A stretch of 25,672 nucleotides of DNA. Origin: a virus. Taxonomy: Duplodnaviria; Caudoviricetes. The notes under the pieces are model-generated. The model did no database searches. It saw only the letters and a program-made list of their open reading frames with translations, and was not told the DNA's origin. Of this stretch, positions 15,731 through 24,596 are shown piece after piece. How positions within the stretch are numbered: position 1 is the stretch's first letter; the number at the start of each line of letters is the position of its first letter. Location: the IMG/VR virus record IMGVR_UViG_3300020042_002158, positions 1-25,672 of that record. One strand, written 5' to 3'. The position numbers were made by a program, and so were the translations under genes.

Positions 15731-15897
15731 TACTTGCCCCGACTTGCTTTCTTCATCATATTGGTGGCTGTGCGCTCACCTCTAACCGGCGCATTCTTTG
15801 GCTTACTAACCGCGACCATGATAGTCATGGGCATGGATTTTTCTTTCATCTTCTTAGGCATCTTTGAATTGCCCATTTTTGGTGCTTTTCCGTACAT
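15730..15897 (-). CDS. 55-aa Lys/Met-rich protein
   Basis: Manual: MYGKAPKMGNSKMPKKMKEKSMPMTIMVAVSKPKNAPVRGERTATNMMKKASRGK; AAGGA RBS. Confidence 0.7.
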   Translation of the reverse strand: MYGKAPKMGNSKMPKKMKEKSMPMTIMVAVSKPKNAPVRGERTATNMMKKASRGK

Positions 15898-15917
15898 GAT
15901 TTAATCCTTTTTTAAAT

Positions 15918-16130
15918 TTACGCTGTTGCCATTACTTTACGGGGTCTACCCATACGCTTAACTTGAACTGGTGCTGTCATTGGAAGCACCTTATTCTCAA
16001 CCTCAACCCTTACATCTTCACCCTTATCATCAACCAGGACGTAACCACTATGACCACGCATAGAGTCAATATCGTGCTGGTAGGTAAAGGTAACGGTATT
16101 ACCGCTTTGTAAACATCTAAAAGTTGCCAT
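15918..16130 (-). CDS. 70-aa protein with C-terminal AT-hook-like GRPRK motif
   Basis: ...VKRMGRPRKV; GGAG RBS. Confidence 0.7.
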   Translation of the reverse strand: MATFRCLQSGNTVTFTYQHDIDSMRGHSGYVLVDDKGEDVRVEVENKVLPMTAPVQVKRMGRPRKVMATA

Positions 16131-16141
16131 ACTAGAACTCC

Positions 16142-16170
16142 AAAAAAAGAGGGGTTATTAGCCCCTCTTT
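16142..16170 (-). terminator. Rho-independent terminator after capsid/decoration genes
   Basis: Minus strand AAAGAGGGG-CTAATAA-CCCCTCTTT ending in a run of 7 T. Confidence 0.8.
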
Positions 16171-16172
16171 AA

Positions 16173-16496
16173 TTACACTAAGCGAACAACCACGCACCGA
16201 ACTGTAGTGCTTGCCAAGTCCACAGTAGCGGTACTTTCGTTTTGGAAACGAATAGAGACTGCATTTGCGGCTGAAACATAAGGCGTGATGGAGAGGCCAG
16301 AGACATCCACACCCATACTTACGCTCAACACAATATCGCCCAGAGCCACGCCAGGTACGGCAATGGTGTTGGTTTCACCAGCGCCATCTACCAAAGATGA
16401 AGCGTTAAGTGTTGCTGTTACAGACCAAGTGTCCGAAAAAAGACCTCGGAACTGGTCATTTCCCCTGCGGGAAACTACTGCTGTTGCTGCTGCCAT
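16173..16496 (-). CDS. Probable capsid decoration/cement protein
   Basis: 107 aa, beta-rich, directly after the MCP and before the terminator; AAGGAG RBS. Confidence 0.6.
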   Translation of the reverse strand: MAAATAVVSRRGNDQFRGLFSDTWSVTATLNASSLVDGAGETNTIAVPGVALGDIVLSVSMGVDVSGLSITPYVSAANAVSIRFQNESTATVDLASTTVRCVVVRLV

Positions 16497-16509
16497 TTTC
16501 TAACTCCTT

Positions 16510-16536
16510 AAAAGTAATGCCCCCATTGCTGGGGGC
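16510..16536 (-). terminator. GC hairpin after the MCP stop (attenuator or stabiliser)
   Basis: GCCCCC-AGCAAT-GGGGGC then ATTACTTTT on the minus strand. Confidence 0.5.
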
Positions 16537-16542
16537 GTAGGG

Positions 16543-17505
16543 TTAGGCTGGCACTGCCAACGCAAATGCGCTAGAAGACAAAGCTGCACCAGTTGTAGCG
16601 GCTGCACGGAGTGCGGCAACACCATACAAGGTATCAGATGTAAACAAAGTGGCAAGGTAATCTTGCTTGTACTGAGTTTGTGAACGGATACCAATTTGCT
16701 CAACCAGAACCATCGCATCCTTGTGACCCATCAAGCAAATACGATCTGTTTGGGTATTACCAAAAGCAGTGTCAGCATTGCTAGAAGTGAACACGGGGAT
16801 ACCGTACAAGTTGCCGATTTCACCAGTGCGGATTGCATTGCCATTACCCACAAAAGCCTGTTCCGTGTAACGGGAAAGACCCATTAGCGTATTACGGCTA
16901 GATGGAGGGATCAGGAAAAAGCGATTGTCCATTGGCGTATCGTTGTCATCCAAACGCTGAATAGTTCTGCGGATAGCGGCATCGGTCAAAGCGGCTGCAT
17001 TTGAACTGGTGCTGTTATACACGGTAGTACCATCAGAACCAACAAAAGCCTTGGTGCTTGTATTGGTTGTCGCATAGTCGTTAGTGCCAACGGTAGCACC
17101 GTTGAATGCACGACCCAATTGAACCAGGCTAGTATCTACTTGCTTGGCAAGCGCATAGCCTGCATCAGCAGTGTAGAACTGGCGCAAGCTGTTTAGTGCT
17201 TGTGCTTCAACGATGTCCTCAATGAAACGTGAATATTCAAAGTGCTTGTTAATGGACACTTGAATTTCTGTTTCCGTATCGGCAATCAGAGTAACGGCAG
17301 TAGATGCCGATTTCGCTGAAGCTGAACCACGAGTAGGTGCAGGAATGTGAACCACATCGCCCTTCTTACCTTTGAAATTCATCTTCATTACGATGTTAGC
17401 CAGAACAAGGTTTTTCTTGTAAGCGGCTATGATTTCATCACTCCAGATTTCTGGGATAAACGTTGCTGCGGTTGTTACTGTTACCGCTGGGGTGGGATAT
17501 GCCAT
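16543..17505 (-). CDS. Major capsid protein (HK97 fold, podovirus type)
   Basis: FIPEIWSDEII...GKKGDVVHIP...AGYALAKQVD...GEIGNLYGIPVF...DTLYGV; follows the scaffold. Confidence 0.9.
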   Translation of the reverse strand: MAYPTPAVTVTTAATFIPEIWSDEIIAAYKKNLVLANIVMKMNFKGKKGDVVHIPAPTRGSASAKSASTAVTLIADTETEIQVSINKHFEYSRFIEDIVEAQALNSLRQFYTADAGYALAKQVDTSLVQLGRAFNGATVGTNDYATTNTSTKAFVGSDGTTVYNSTSSNAAALTDAAIRRTIQRLDDNDTPMDNRFFLIPPSSRNTLMGLSRYTEQAFVGNGNAIRTGEIGNLYGIPVFTSSNADTAFGNTQTDRICLMGHKDAMVLVEQIGIRSQTQYKQDYLATLFTSDTLYGVAALRAAATTGAALSSSAFALAVPA

Positions 17506-17523
17506 GATTAAACTCCAGTTAAA

Positions 17524-18255
17524 TTATCGAACACGACCCTCGGCATAGGCTGCGAGTATTTCATCGTTTAGCGCCTCATACCTTGAGGGGTCAGTCATTT
17601 TCAGACGAATTAGATCGGCCCTGCGATAGACGCGCTTGGAACTCTCTCCAGAGCCACCAACATCAACTTGCGCCGCTCTCATGCTTTTAGTCCGTGCAGC
17701 GTCAGACGCTTTTTCAGACTGTTGGGCTTTTACACCGCGCAATTCTTTGTAAGTAGACAACAATTCATTAGCCGAATCATAGTCAAATTCACCATCTGCT
17801 CTTGCGTAGAGTCCCAAACGGATAGGTGAAGATTTCACCCAGTTTTGAAACTCCGAATCATTGACTACTTGGGAGTAGTCAGGATGCTCTTGCGTTAGCT
17901 TCTGCTGAATCTGCATCCGTCTGAAATCCATGCCAGCTTGTCTGGCCGCGAGAACGTCAGGATGTCTATCAATCTGGCCTTGAACTGCCTTTTGAGGATT
18001 CTCAAAAAAGTCAACTTCAGGGTCTTCCTCTTTGATAGGTTGCAATGTTCCACTAAGGTTTTGCTTGATTAACTCGTCAGCTAACTTACGAACTTCACCG
18101 ACCTCTTGGGCCTGCTTACCTATCAGCCTTTCAGCCTCCTGGTGCATTCGTACAACTTCCTCCAAACTTTTAGCCCTGTATTTCTCAGGAAGTTCGTTTT
18201 TAGTTTCTTCTATTTCGAGTTCGCCTAGCGGCTCTGTGGGTTCATCAATCAACAT
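17524..18255 (-). CDS. Capsid scaffolding protein
   Basis: Acidic coiled coil, LPEKYRAKS...QAQEVGEVRKLAD; ends ILAAYAEGRVR; upstream of the MCP. Confidence 0.8.
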   Translation of the reverse strand: MLIDEPTEPLGELEIEETKNELPEKYRAKSLEEVVRMHQEAERLIGKQAQEVGEVRKLADELIKQNLSGTLQPIKEEDPEVDFFENPQKAVQGQIDRHPDVLAARQAGMDFRRMQIQQKLTQEHPDYSQVVNDSEFQNWVKSSPIRLGLYARADGEFDYDSANELLSTYKELRGVKAQQSEKASDAARTKSMRAAQVDVGGSGESSKRVYRRADLIRLKMTDPSRYEALNDEILAAYAEGRVR

Positions 18256-18304
18256 ATCGATTTCCTGCCAAAATGGTTGTAGGATAATTCAACTCGGCTT
18301 TCGC

Positions 18305-18532
18305 TTATGAGTTGGCTTTTTGCTCCGCTTTTAACTTCTCAGTGTGCCGGTGTTCAAACCGTCCATAAGCGGACGGAAAGTTACCAGACCAACCTTCCAA
18401 GTTAAATGCAGGAGCACTTATTACACGGGCGGCTAACCCCCCGCATTTACAAAGCACACTGATAGTCTCATAAACTTGCAGTGCCTCGGTGCGTTGTCCA
18501 CATAAGCAGACAAATTCATACATTCTTCTCAT
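18305..18532 (-). CDS. FmdB-like zinc-ribbon protein
   Basis: MYEFVCLCG...CKCGG.A.RVISAP.F.LEG pattern. Confidence 0.7.
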   Translation of the reverse strand: MRRMYEFVCLCGQRTEALQVYETISVLCKCGGLAARVISAPAFNLEGWSGNFPSAYGRFEHRHTEKLKAEQKANS

Positions 18533-18755
18533 TCAAATCCTCGTATGCTCGTTCGCTGACCTCTTTTAAGGTTATCAGCCAAGTTAGTATGGAAATCTCG
18601 CCTTTGCGGAATTGTAGACTTTTTTCGTCCGCTATGGTTGAGACATTGTTAAGCGCATCAAACATCTTATTGGCATCTTCCATTAGGTCAATCCAACCAG
18701 GCATGGAGAACAGATCAAACCTGTCCTCATAATATCTTTGCAACTCAGGAGCCAT
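18516..18755 (-). CDS. Small hypothetical protein of the head-gene module
   Basis: 79 aa, LFSMPGW...LQFRKGEISILTWL. Confidence 0.7.
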   Translation of the reverse strand: MAPELQRYYEDRFDLFSMPGWIDLMEDANKMFDALNNVSTIADEKSLQFRKGEISILTWLITLKEVSERAYEDLNEKNV

Positions 18756-18756
18756 G

Positions 18757-19227
18757 TTATTTATCCATTAATATAGTTAGCCACCAAAAAATCAAACCAA
18801 ATAAAAGTATTATTAATCCACCAGCCGCCAACCATGTTAATAAATCTTCTATTTCTTCCTTATGTTTTTCGGCGTGTTTCTTAGCCAATATTTCTTCAAC
18901 CTTGCGCTTTTGGATAATCCTATTACGCTCAATCATCAACTGCTGCCAAAGGTCAGCATTGCCCGACATCACCATAAAGTTGTTCAATTCCCTCTCAGCA
19001 TCTGCCAACTGCTTGGCTTGCATCACTATCTCAAACGCCTGCGCTGTATCCGACTGTGCAAAACTAGACTTAGGCTTGGATGCTTCCTTTTGGACAACAT
19101 CCTTGGCCTCAAAGAACTTCATCATCTCACCGCTAATAGCGTGGATGTCCTTACCCATCTTAATTGCTGCCTGCACCCCCTTGATGGCGGCTTGCGCTGC
19201 TGCAAAGGCTGTAAGTGGGTCTATCAT
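18757..19227 (-). CDS. Coiled-coil protein with C-terminal TM anchor
   Basis: MIDPLTAFAAAQAA...; hydrophobic C-terminus. Confidence 0.75.
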   Translation of the reverse strand: MIDPLTAFAAAQAAIKGVQAAIKMGKDIHAISGEMMKFFEAKDVVQKEASKPKSSFAQSDTAQAFEIVMQAKQLADAERELNNFMVMSGNADLWQQLMIERNRIIQKRKVEEILAKKHAEKHKEEIEDLLTWLAAGGLIILLFGLIFWWLTILMDK

Positions 19228-19361
19228 TGCTCAACCTTTTTCCACTCCAGACAATAAACCCTGCGCTCAAATACGTCCCCCGTCCATGCCCACCTTACGC
19301 AAACGTACTTGACAGGCGCTTGTGGCGTAACCAGCACCAACGCAAGCACGATCCAGCGCAT
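19224..19361 (-). CDS. 45-aa protein with signal-like N-terminus and Cys-pair Trp-rich hairpin
   Basis: Manual: MRWIVLALVLVTPQAPVKYVCVRWAWTGDVFERRVYCLEWKKVEQ; ATGA overlap with the downstream gene. Confidence 0.7.
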   Translation of the reverse strand: MRWIVLALVLVTPQAPVKYVCVRWAWTGDVFERRVYCLEWKKVEQ

Positions 19362-19364
19362 ACA

Positions 19365-19598
19365 TTAGTTTTTTCCTATCCAATTGCCAATATAGCCCAG
19401 GATGCTACCTAACGCGGACACCACTACCATGCCCATCCAGAAACCGCCCTTGCCCTTATTTGCCATCTCTACAAGCCGGTCTATAGACGTTTCCATATTG
19501 TCAATTTTTGCAGACATCTCGTCAAACCTTCGCTCGTAGTCCTGCACCTTCTGCCAAAGGACTCCGTACTTGACGGGATCAATTTCGGGGGAGTTCAT
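19365..19598 (-). CDS. Small coiled-coil + TM protein (XhlA/holin-like architecture)
   Basis: IDPVKYGVLWQKV...ANKGKGGFWMGMVVVSALG; TAATG overlap. Confidence 0.65.
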   Translation of the reverse strand: MNSPEIDPVKYGVLWQKVQDYERRFDEMSAKIDNMETSIDRLVEMANKGKGGFWMGMVVVSALGSILGYIGNWIGKN

Positions 19599-19909
19599 TA
19601 CCAAGGCAACTCTGTATTAGCTGGGCTGACAGGCGGTGTAATCATGCTGTCGATTTGTCCCTGCACACATTGCTGTGCGCTGGTGATAGCCGACTCTGGA
19701 ATCCACGCAATGACCTGTGCCTGTGTCAGGCTTGCGTAGGGAGTCACTGGGCCTGTTTGGTCAGCAGAGTTGAACTGCGTGTTGCCGCCGATAGAGGCGG
19801 TGTTAGTGCCGTCTACGCCAGTAACTTCCCAGATGGCGTTGACCACATAGTTAGGGTCAGGCTGCTGGAGCGTGTACATCGCGGTGATGGTGGTGGTAAA
19901 AGTTGTCAT
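19598..19909 (-). CDS. Fibre-associated small protein
   Basis: PYASLTQAQVIAW...IDSMITPPVSP...LPW; directly after the S74-containing fibre. Confidence 0.7.
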   Translation of the reverse strand: MTTFTTTITAMYTLQQPDPNYVVNAIWEVTGVDGTNTASIGGNTQFNSADQTGPVTPYASLTQAQVIAWIPESAITSAQQCVQGQIDSMITPPVSPANTELPW

Positions 19910-19918
19910 GGTAGTCCT

Positions 19919-22558
19919 TTAGGTTGATTCAAGTGCCGCAATACGGGCGGTGAGGGAAGTGATGAGGGCTTGTTGTTCTTGGATAGCCGCAGTCAATGTA
20001 GCCACCAAGAATGATGTGTCAATGCCTTGGTATTTAGGATTGCCTTCTTCGTCTAAAGCATCTTTTTCGCCAGTAACGGCTTGTGGCACAACTTCTGCAA
20101 GTTCGTGAGCAATAAAACCTTCGCCATTAGAGCCGTCAGCATTCCATTTGTAAGTGCAAGGCTTGAGCAATGCTACTTTAGCCAAAGCACCTGTCATTGG
20201 TGCAATGGTGTTCTTTAGGCGATAGTCGGATGAAGTGTTGTAAGCAGTTGCCGATGCTGTTACAGCAATTGTGCCAACTTGTGTTGAAGTGCTATACCAC
20301 CATTCAGCAACATTACCAACATTACCATTTCTTGCACCAGCAATAGCGCAATATGTATTTGCTGAAGCTGTTGTTTGGAAAGCGCCTCCATTTGTACTAG
20401 AAACAAGTCCAAGTTTTGCAGAAAGAAGTTGACTCGTAGTCCCCACCAGCAAGTTACCAGAGTTATCAAAAATACCCCGTGGATTCCCATCCCCATCAGA
20501 CAGCACGATGTAGTTGCTTGATGTGCGGATGTCTAGGCTACCTTGGTTGCCGTTGTATTGGCCCAAGATTGTGTTTTTAGTGCCTGTGGTTACAGAGTAG
20601 CCAGAGGCTTGACCAACAAATGTGTTGAACCCTCCAGTTGTATTGCTGTAACCAGCCTCACGACCAATAAAGGTGTTGTAGTTAGCTGTTGTTGTGGAAT
20701 AACCAGAGGATTGACCAAAGAAAGCGTTTGCTATGCCTGTGGTATTGCTATACCCAGCCTGATAACCTACAGCAGTGTTGTTAGAGGCTGTGGTGTTGGA
20801 GTAGAGAGCATTTACGCCAACCGCAACATTACTTGAGCCAGTAGTATTTTGACTCAAAGCGCCAGTTGATACGCCAGATACACCAGCGCCAATTGCAACA
20901 TTGCTTGTACCAGTTGTGTTTGCAGTAAATGCTTGAACACCCATTACGGTGTTATTTGCCCCTGTAGTGTTTGCAAGTCCCGCTGTATACCCAACAAATG
21001 TATTTGCTGCGCCAGTTGTATTTGCGTTTCCTGCTTGATAGCCTACGGCTGTGATTGCAGAGGCTGTGGTGTTGTTTAAAAGAGACTGCAAGCCAACAGC
21101 AGTGTTATAAGAACCATTGTTTGCATATAAAGAATCTTGACCAACAGATGTATTACCTGTTGCCGTTGTTTCTGTAAATTGCGACCTAAAACCTATTGCG
21201 GTATTTGATGAGCCAGTTGTATTTGATGACAATGCCGTAGTACCTATCGCAGTATTAGTGTTTACAGCACCTGCACCAAGGCCCACGGTAAGACCTTGAA
21301 TTGAGCCAGCACCCGTAGCACTCAGCGTCCCGGTGACTGCTAGGCCGGTGGAGGAGAACGCCCCTACAGTTGCAGGTGTAGTACCAACCCCTATGTTTAC
21401 CGTACCACTTGCGTTTTGCGCGTTGATAGCCAGACTGGAAGCAGTAGTAGACAAAAAAGCAGTTGATGCCGACGTATTACCAAATGTTCCGGCTGTTGAC
21501 CCAAATACCCCTATGTTGATAGGGACGCTTGCATTGTTTACTGCGCTGATATTTCCTGTTTGCGCTGTTGTAAGTGTGTTAGTTGCAATGATGTTTGCGG
21601 CATTTGCTGCCGTAGTCGCATTTACAGTAGTAAACGCACCCGTGGCAGGTGTCGTAGCGCCTACTGTGCCGTTGATGTTGATTGAGGCTGTGCCGGTCAG
21701 ATTGGTGACTACACCGCTAGAGGGTGTGCCGAGTGCAGGAGTTACTAGCGTAGGGGAGTTTGATAGCACAACATTGGTTGTGCCTGTGCTAGTAGTAACG
21801 CCCGTACCGCCGTTAGCCACCGGCAATGCTGTGCCAGATAAGCTGATTGCCAGTGTCCCAGTGGTGGTAATTGGAGAACCAGAAACAGACAAAAACGCCG
21901 GTACGGTTGCCGCCACACTTGTAACAGTACCCGTACCCGAACTCACGTTGACAGTGACATCATCACCAGAATTCGTAGCAGTAACACCGGCTCCAACAAA
22001 GTTGATTATCTTCACACCCGTAGAGATTGAACTGCCCTCGTCCTTAATACCCACTGCCCCATTGGTGGACATGGTAGAGATGACTTGAATCTTATCGGCC
22101 AAGTCTGGTGATACAACCTCGCCCACATTGATTTGCTGACCAGAGGACAAGCTAATAACCAGCGAACCATCAAAGTCAATGTTTGCATCAGTAACTGATA
22201 CGCCATCAACACCGTCAACGCCGTCCCTGCCAGGTGTCCCTGGCAAACCTTGTTTACCGTTTAGTCCATCTTTACCATTGCGCCCGTCCTTGCCGTTGCG
22301 CCCATCGCTGCCGCTTGAACCATCACGACCATCTTTGATGCTAGATACCCGCTTTTCAATAACATCGGTTACGTTGTCAAACTTCTCGGTGATGTTGGTT
22401 TCAATTTTCTTGAACGCCTCAACCACCATCTGAACATTCTCAGCAGCCTTGCGCTGCTGCATCTGCTTTACCTCGGAAACAGAGTTGTTGACAGCACCAA
22501 AGATGTTGTCAGCAATGCCATCAACATTAGCATCGTTAAAGATTTTATCAATTGCCAT
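19919..22558 (-). CDS. Multidomain fibre: coiled coil, collagen-like GXY repeats, NTAVG-type beta-roll repeats, C-terminal peptidase S74 intramolecular chaperone
   Basis: GRDGSSGSDGRNGKDG...GVDGVS; many NTTGxxNTAVG repeats; YNTSSDYRLK...GFIAHEL...AIQEQQ coiled coil. Confidence 0.85.
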   Translation of the reverse strand: MAIDKIFNDANVDGIADNIFGAVNNSVSEVKQMQQRKAAENVQMVVEAFKKIETNITEKFDNVTDVIEKRVSSIKDGRDGSSGSDGRNGKDGRNGKDGLNGKQGLPGTPGRDGVDGVDGVSVTDANIDFDGSLVISLSSGQQINVGEVVSPDLADKIQVISTMSTNGAVGIKDEGSSISTGVKIINFVGAGVTATNSGDDVTVNVSSGTGTVTSVAATVPAFLSVSGSPITTTGTLAISLSGTALPVANGGTGVTTSTGTTNVVLSNSPTLVTPALGTPSSGVVTNLTGTASININGTVGATTPATGAFTTVNATTAANAANIIATNTLTTAQTGNISAVNNASVPINIGVFGSTAGTFGNTSASTAFLSTTASSLAINAQNASGTVNIGVGTTPATVGAFSSTGLAVTGTLSATGAGSIQGLTVGLGAGAVNTNTAIGTTALSSNTTGSSNTAIGFRSQFTETTATGNTSVGQDSLYANNGSYNTAVGLQSLLNNTTASAITAVGYQAGNANTTGAANTFVGYTAGLANTTGANNTVMGVQAFTANTTGTSNVAIGAGVSGVSTGALSQNTTGSSNVAVGVNALYSNTTASNNTAVGYQAGYSNTTGIANAFFGQSSGYSTTTANYNTFIGREAGYSNTTGGFNTFVGQASGYSVTTGTKNTILGQYNGNQGSLDIRTSSNYIVLSDGDGNPRGIFDNSGNLLVGTTSQLLSAKLGLVSSTNGGAFQTTASANTYCAIAGARNGNVGNVAEWWYSTSTQVGTIAVTASATAYNTSSDYRLKNTIAPMTGALAKVALLKPCTYKWNADGSNGEGFIAHELAEVVPQAVTGEKDALDEEGNPKYQGIDTSFLVATLTAAIQEQQALITSLTARIAALEST

Positions 22559-24593
22559 AATTCAACTCCGTTGCTAGTTTTTCAAGAAACTGGTTTTCCA
22601 TATCCACTACATTGCTCTTGGCGTTGTTCATTTGCAACTCTACGATCTTAGATTTGTTCTTGATGTCCGCTTCTTTGAGCATTAACTCTGCAATCTTTAC
22701 GCGCTTGTCAAACTCATTGCTCTCATTACCCGCCGGTAGATTCTTAGTCGCAGAGGCCAGCACCTTGGCCTGCATCTCTTGCGGCATCAACTGAGTTTCC
22801 ACCGATAACTTCTGCGCCTCTGCCCGATTCTGTTCGGCCTGCGTAGTGCTAACAGCAATCTGCGCCTGCGCCGCTTGCAAAGCCAATTGCTGCTGCATAT
22901 CCTGCATCTGCTTGGCCTCTGGATTGGGCTGGCTCATCTGATCCAATGCAGCCATCAACTCATAACGGTTGCTCAAACTAGAGTTGTTCAAGATGCCCTT
23001 CAAGATCAACGGCAATACCGGCGTATTCGGCCCCAAGGTCTGAAGCAAGCCAATGAACTGCTGTTGTTCGTACTCACGCGCAATAATACCCAGCGTTGCC
23101 GTTGCAATGAACTTCATGTCAACAGAAGGATAACGCTCTGAGTCAAACTGCATATATCTAAACGATGCCTTTTGAATGAACGGAATCAGGAAGTCTTCTT
23201 GGAAGTTCACCAGCGTCCGCTTGTACTTCTTGATGATCGTAGCCACCGCCATCGACATCCCAGCACCATCGCGGTTGCCATTGCTAACCATGCCCTGGCT
23301 ATCCATAGTGCCAGTGGCCTGTAACAACATCCGTTCAAACTCTTTTGCCGTGTTCAGATTGTTTAGACTTGTCTCGCCAAACTTGAACGGGTACAAAATC
23401 TCGGAAGGATTGCCGTTAACCAAGAACGCCTTACCAGGCTTCACCTCAAACTTAGCGCCGCGAGGCAACCGTGTTGCATCCATCCCCATCATGGGGCTGG
23501 TGGTCAGCGCCAATGAGTCCAAATGGCTACGCACTTGCGCGTCAATCGCCTTTTGCATATTGTAGGATTTCTCCACCGTACCCCTACCCAACAAACGATT
23601 AGGCACAGTGTCATCTTGGTACGCAATGACGGGTCTATCCTTCATCATGTACGGGTTTTCTTCTGCCTTGAGTAGCAACCCCTCATTGGCGATCACGACA
23701 ATGGCCTCCACCATGTCGGCGTAATCATCAGCAACCGAGTCCTCTGGGAACAAGTCTACGACCTCTCCACCCTCATTCTCTAGCTGCTTTAGATATTCCC
23801 TAGGCACCAGACCGTAATACGTCAGCAGCCGAACCTTGTCATCACGGTATTGCGTAACTTCTTGCGTTGGCTCTAAATCATTGTCATCAGAGTCTGTGCC
23901 AATGTCCACCTTGCGGTAGATGCCCTTCTCCATACCCTCAACAATCTTTTGAATCCCCACAAATTTCTCAATTGCCACACCCATGCAATCATCAATGCTT
24001 GTCCCATTAGGGTCATACAAGAAATTCTTGGGATTTACCGGAATGATTTTGATTGCAATGCGGCTTTTCTCCACCACACCAATAGCAGCTTGCCCCGTTT
24101 GCCCTGGTATTGCCTGAGTCGCTGGCTCAAAGACCTTCTCGGTCTTCACCACAATCTCGCCAATGCCAGTTCCGTAGATTTCAGCCATCAACTCGATCTG
24201 GTCAATGGATTTCCTGATCTTGTCCTGCTTGAAATCCTCCATCAACTGCGCCTTTAGCGCCTCAACGTCCATAGGATTGCCGTTTATATCCTTTAGGTCA
24301 TCCTCAATATCAAAGAAATCACCCTGACCAAAGATCGCCTCCATAATCTCAGCGTGGCGAGTCTCAACGGCCTGCTGAGTTGCCGGTGTAACTATGCGCG
24401 AACGCTCAGAATCTCGCGTCTTGTCCTCCGCAGCCCATTCACCACGAAAAATACGCTCGTACTCTAAATATTTTGGAAGAAAATTAGTGTCGCGGTAGTC
24501 GCGCCAACGGTCACAGTGGCTAACAACAAAGTCCGTAAGCTCTTTATCGTTCTCTGTCGGTTCTTCAAAATCGTTTTGTTTCAAGATGTCCAT
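22548..24593 (-). CDS. Portal protein
   Basis: 681 aa; YGTGIGEI, NPKNFLYDP, GRGTVEK, C-terminal Gln-rich barrel helix of P22-like portals. Confidence 0.88.
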   Translation of the reverse strand: MDILKQNDFEEPTENDKELTDFVVSHCDRWRDYRDTNFLPKYLEYERIFRGEWAAEDKTRDSERSRIVTPATQQAVETRHAEIMEAIFGQGDFFDIEDDLKDINGNPMDVEALKAQLMEDFKQDKIRKSIDQIELMAEIYGTGIGEIVVKTEKVFEPATQAIPGQTGQAAIGVVEKSRIAIKIIPVNPKNFLYDPNGTSIDDCMGVAIEKFVGIQKIVEGMEKGIYRKVDIGTDSDDNDLEPTQEVTQYRDDKVRLLTYYGLVPREYLKQLENEGGEVVDLFPEDSVADDYADMVEAIVVIANEGLLLKAEENPYMMKDRPVIAYQDDTVPNRLLGRGTVEKSYNMQKAIDAQVRSHLDSLALTTSPMMGMDATRLPRGAKFEVKPGKAFLVNGNPSEILYPFKFGETSLNNLNTAKEFERMLLQATGTMDSQGMVSNGNRDGAGMSMAVATIIKKYKRTLVNFQEDFLIPFIQKASFRYMQFDSERYPSVDMKFIATATLGIIAREYEQQQFIGLLQTLGPNTPVLPLILKGILNNSSLSNRYELMAALDQMSQPNPEAKQMQDMQQQLALQAAQAQIAVSTTQAEQNRAEAQKLSVETQLMPQEMQAKVLASATKNLPAGNESNEFDKRVKIAELMLKEADIKNKSKIVELQMNNAKSNVVDMENQFLEKLATELNYGN

Positions 24594-24596
24594 GAT

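Noticed and set aside
15364-15904. Plus-strand hydrophobic ORFs in the track
   Set aside because: Phe/Leu-rich antisense shadows of the Lys-rich minus-strand micro-ORFs
16500-16718. Frameshift extension of the major capsid protein (T7 10B-like)
   Set aside because: No slippery site seen, and the alternative frame stops at 16500 before the decoration gene, which has its own RBS
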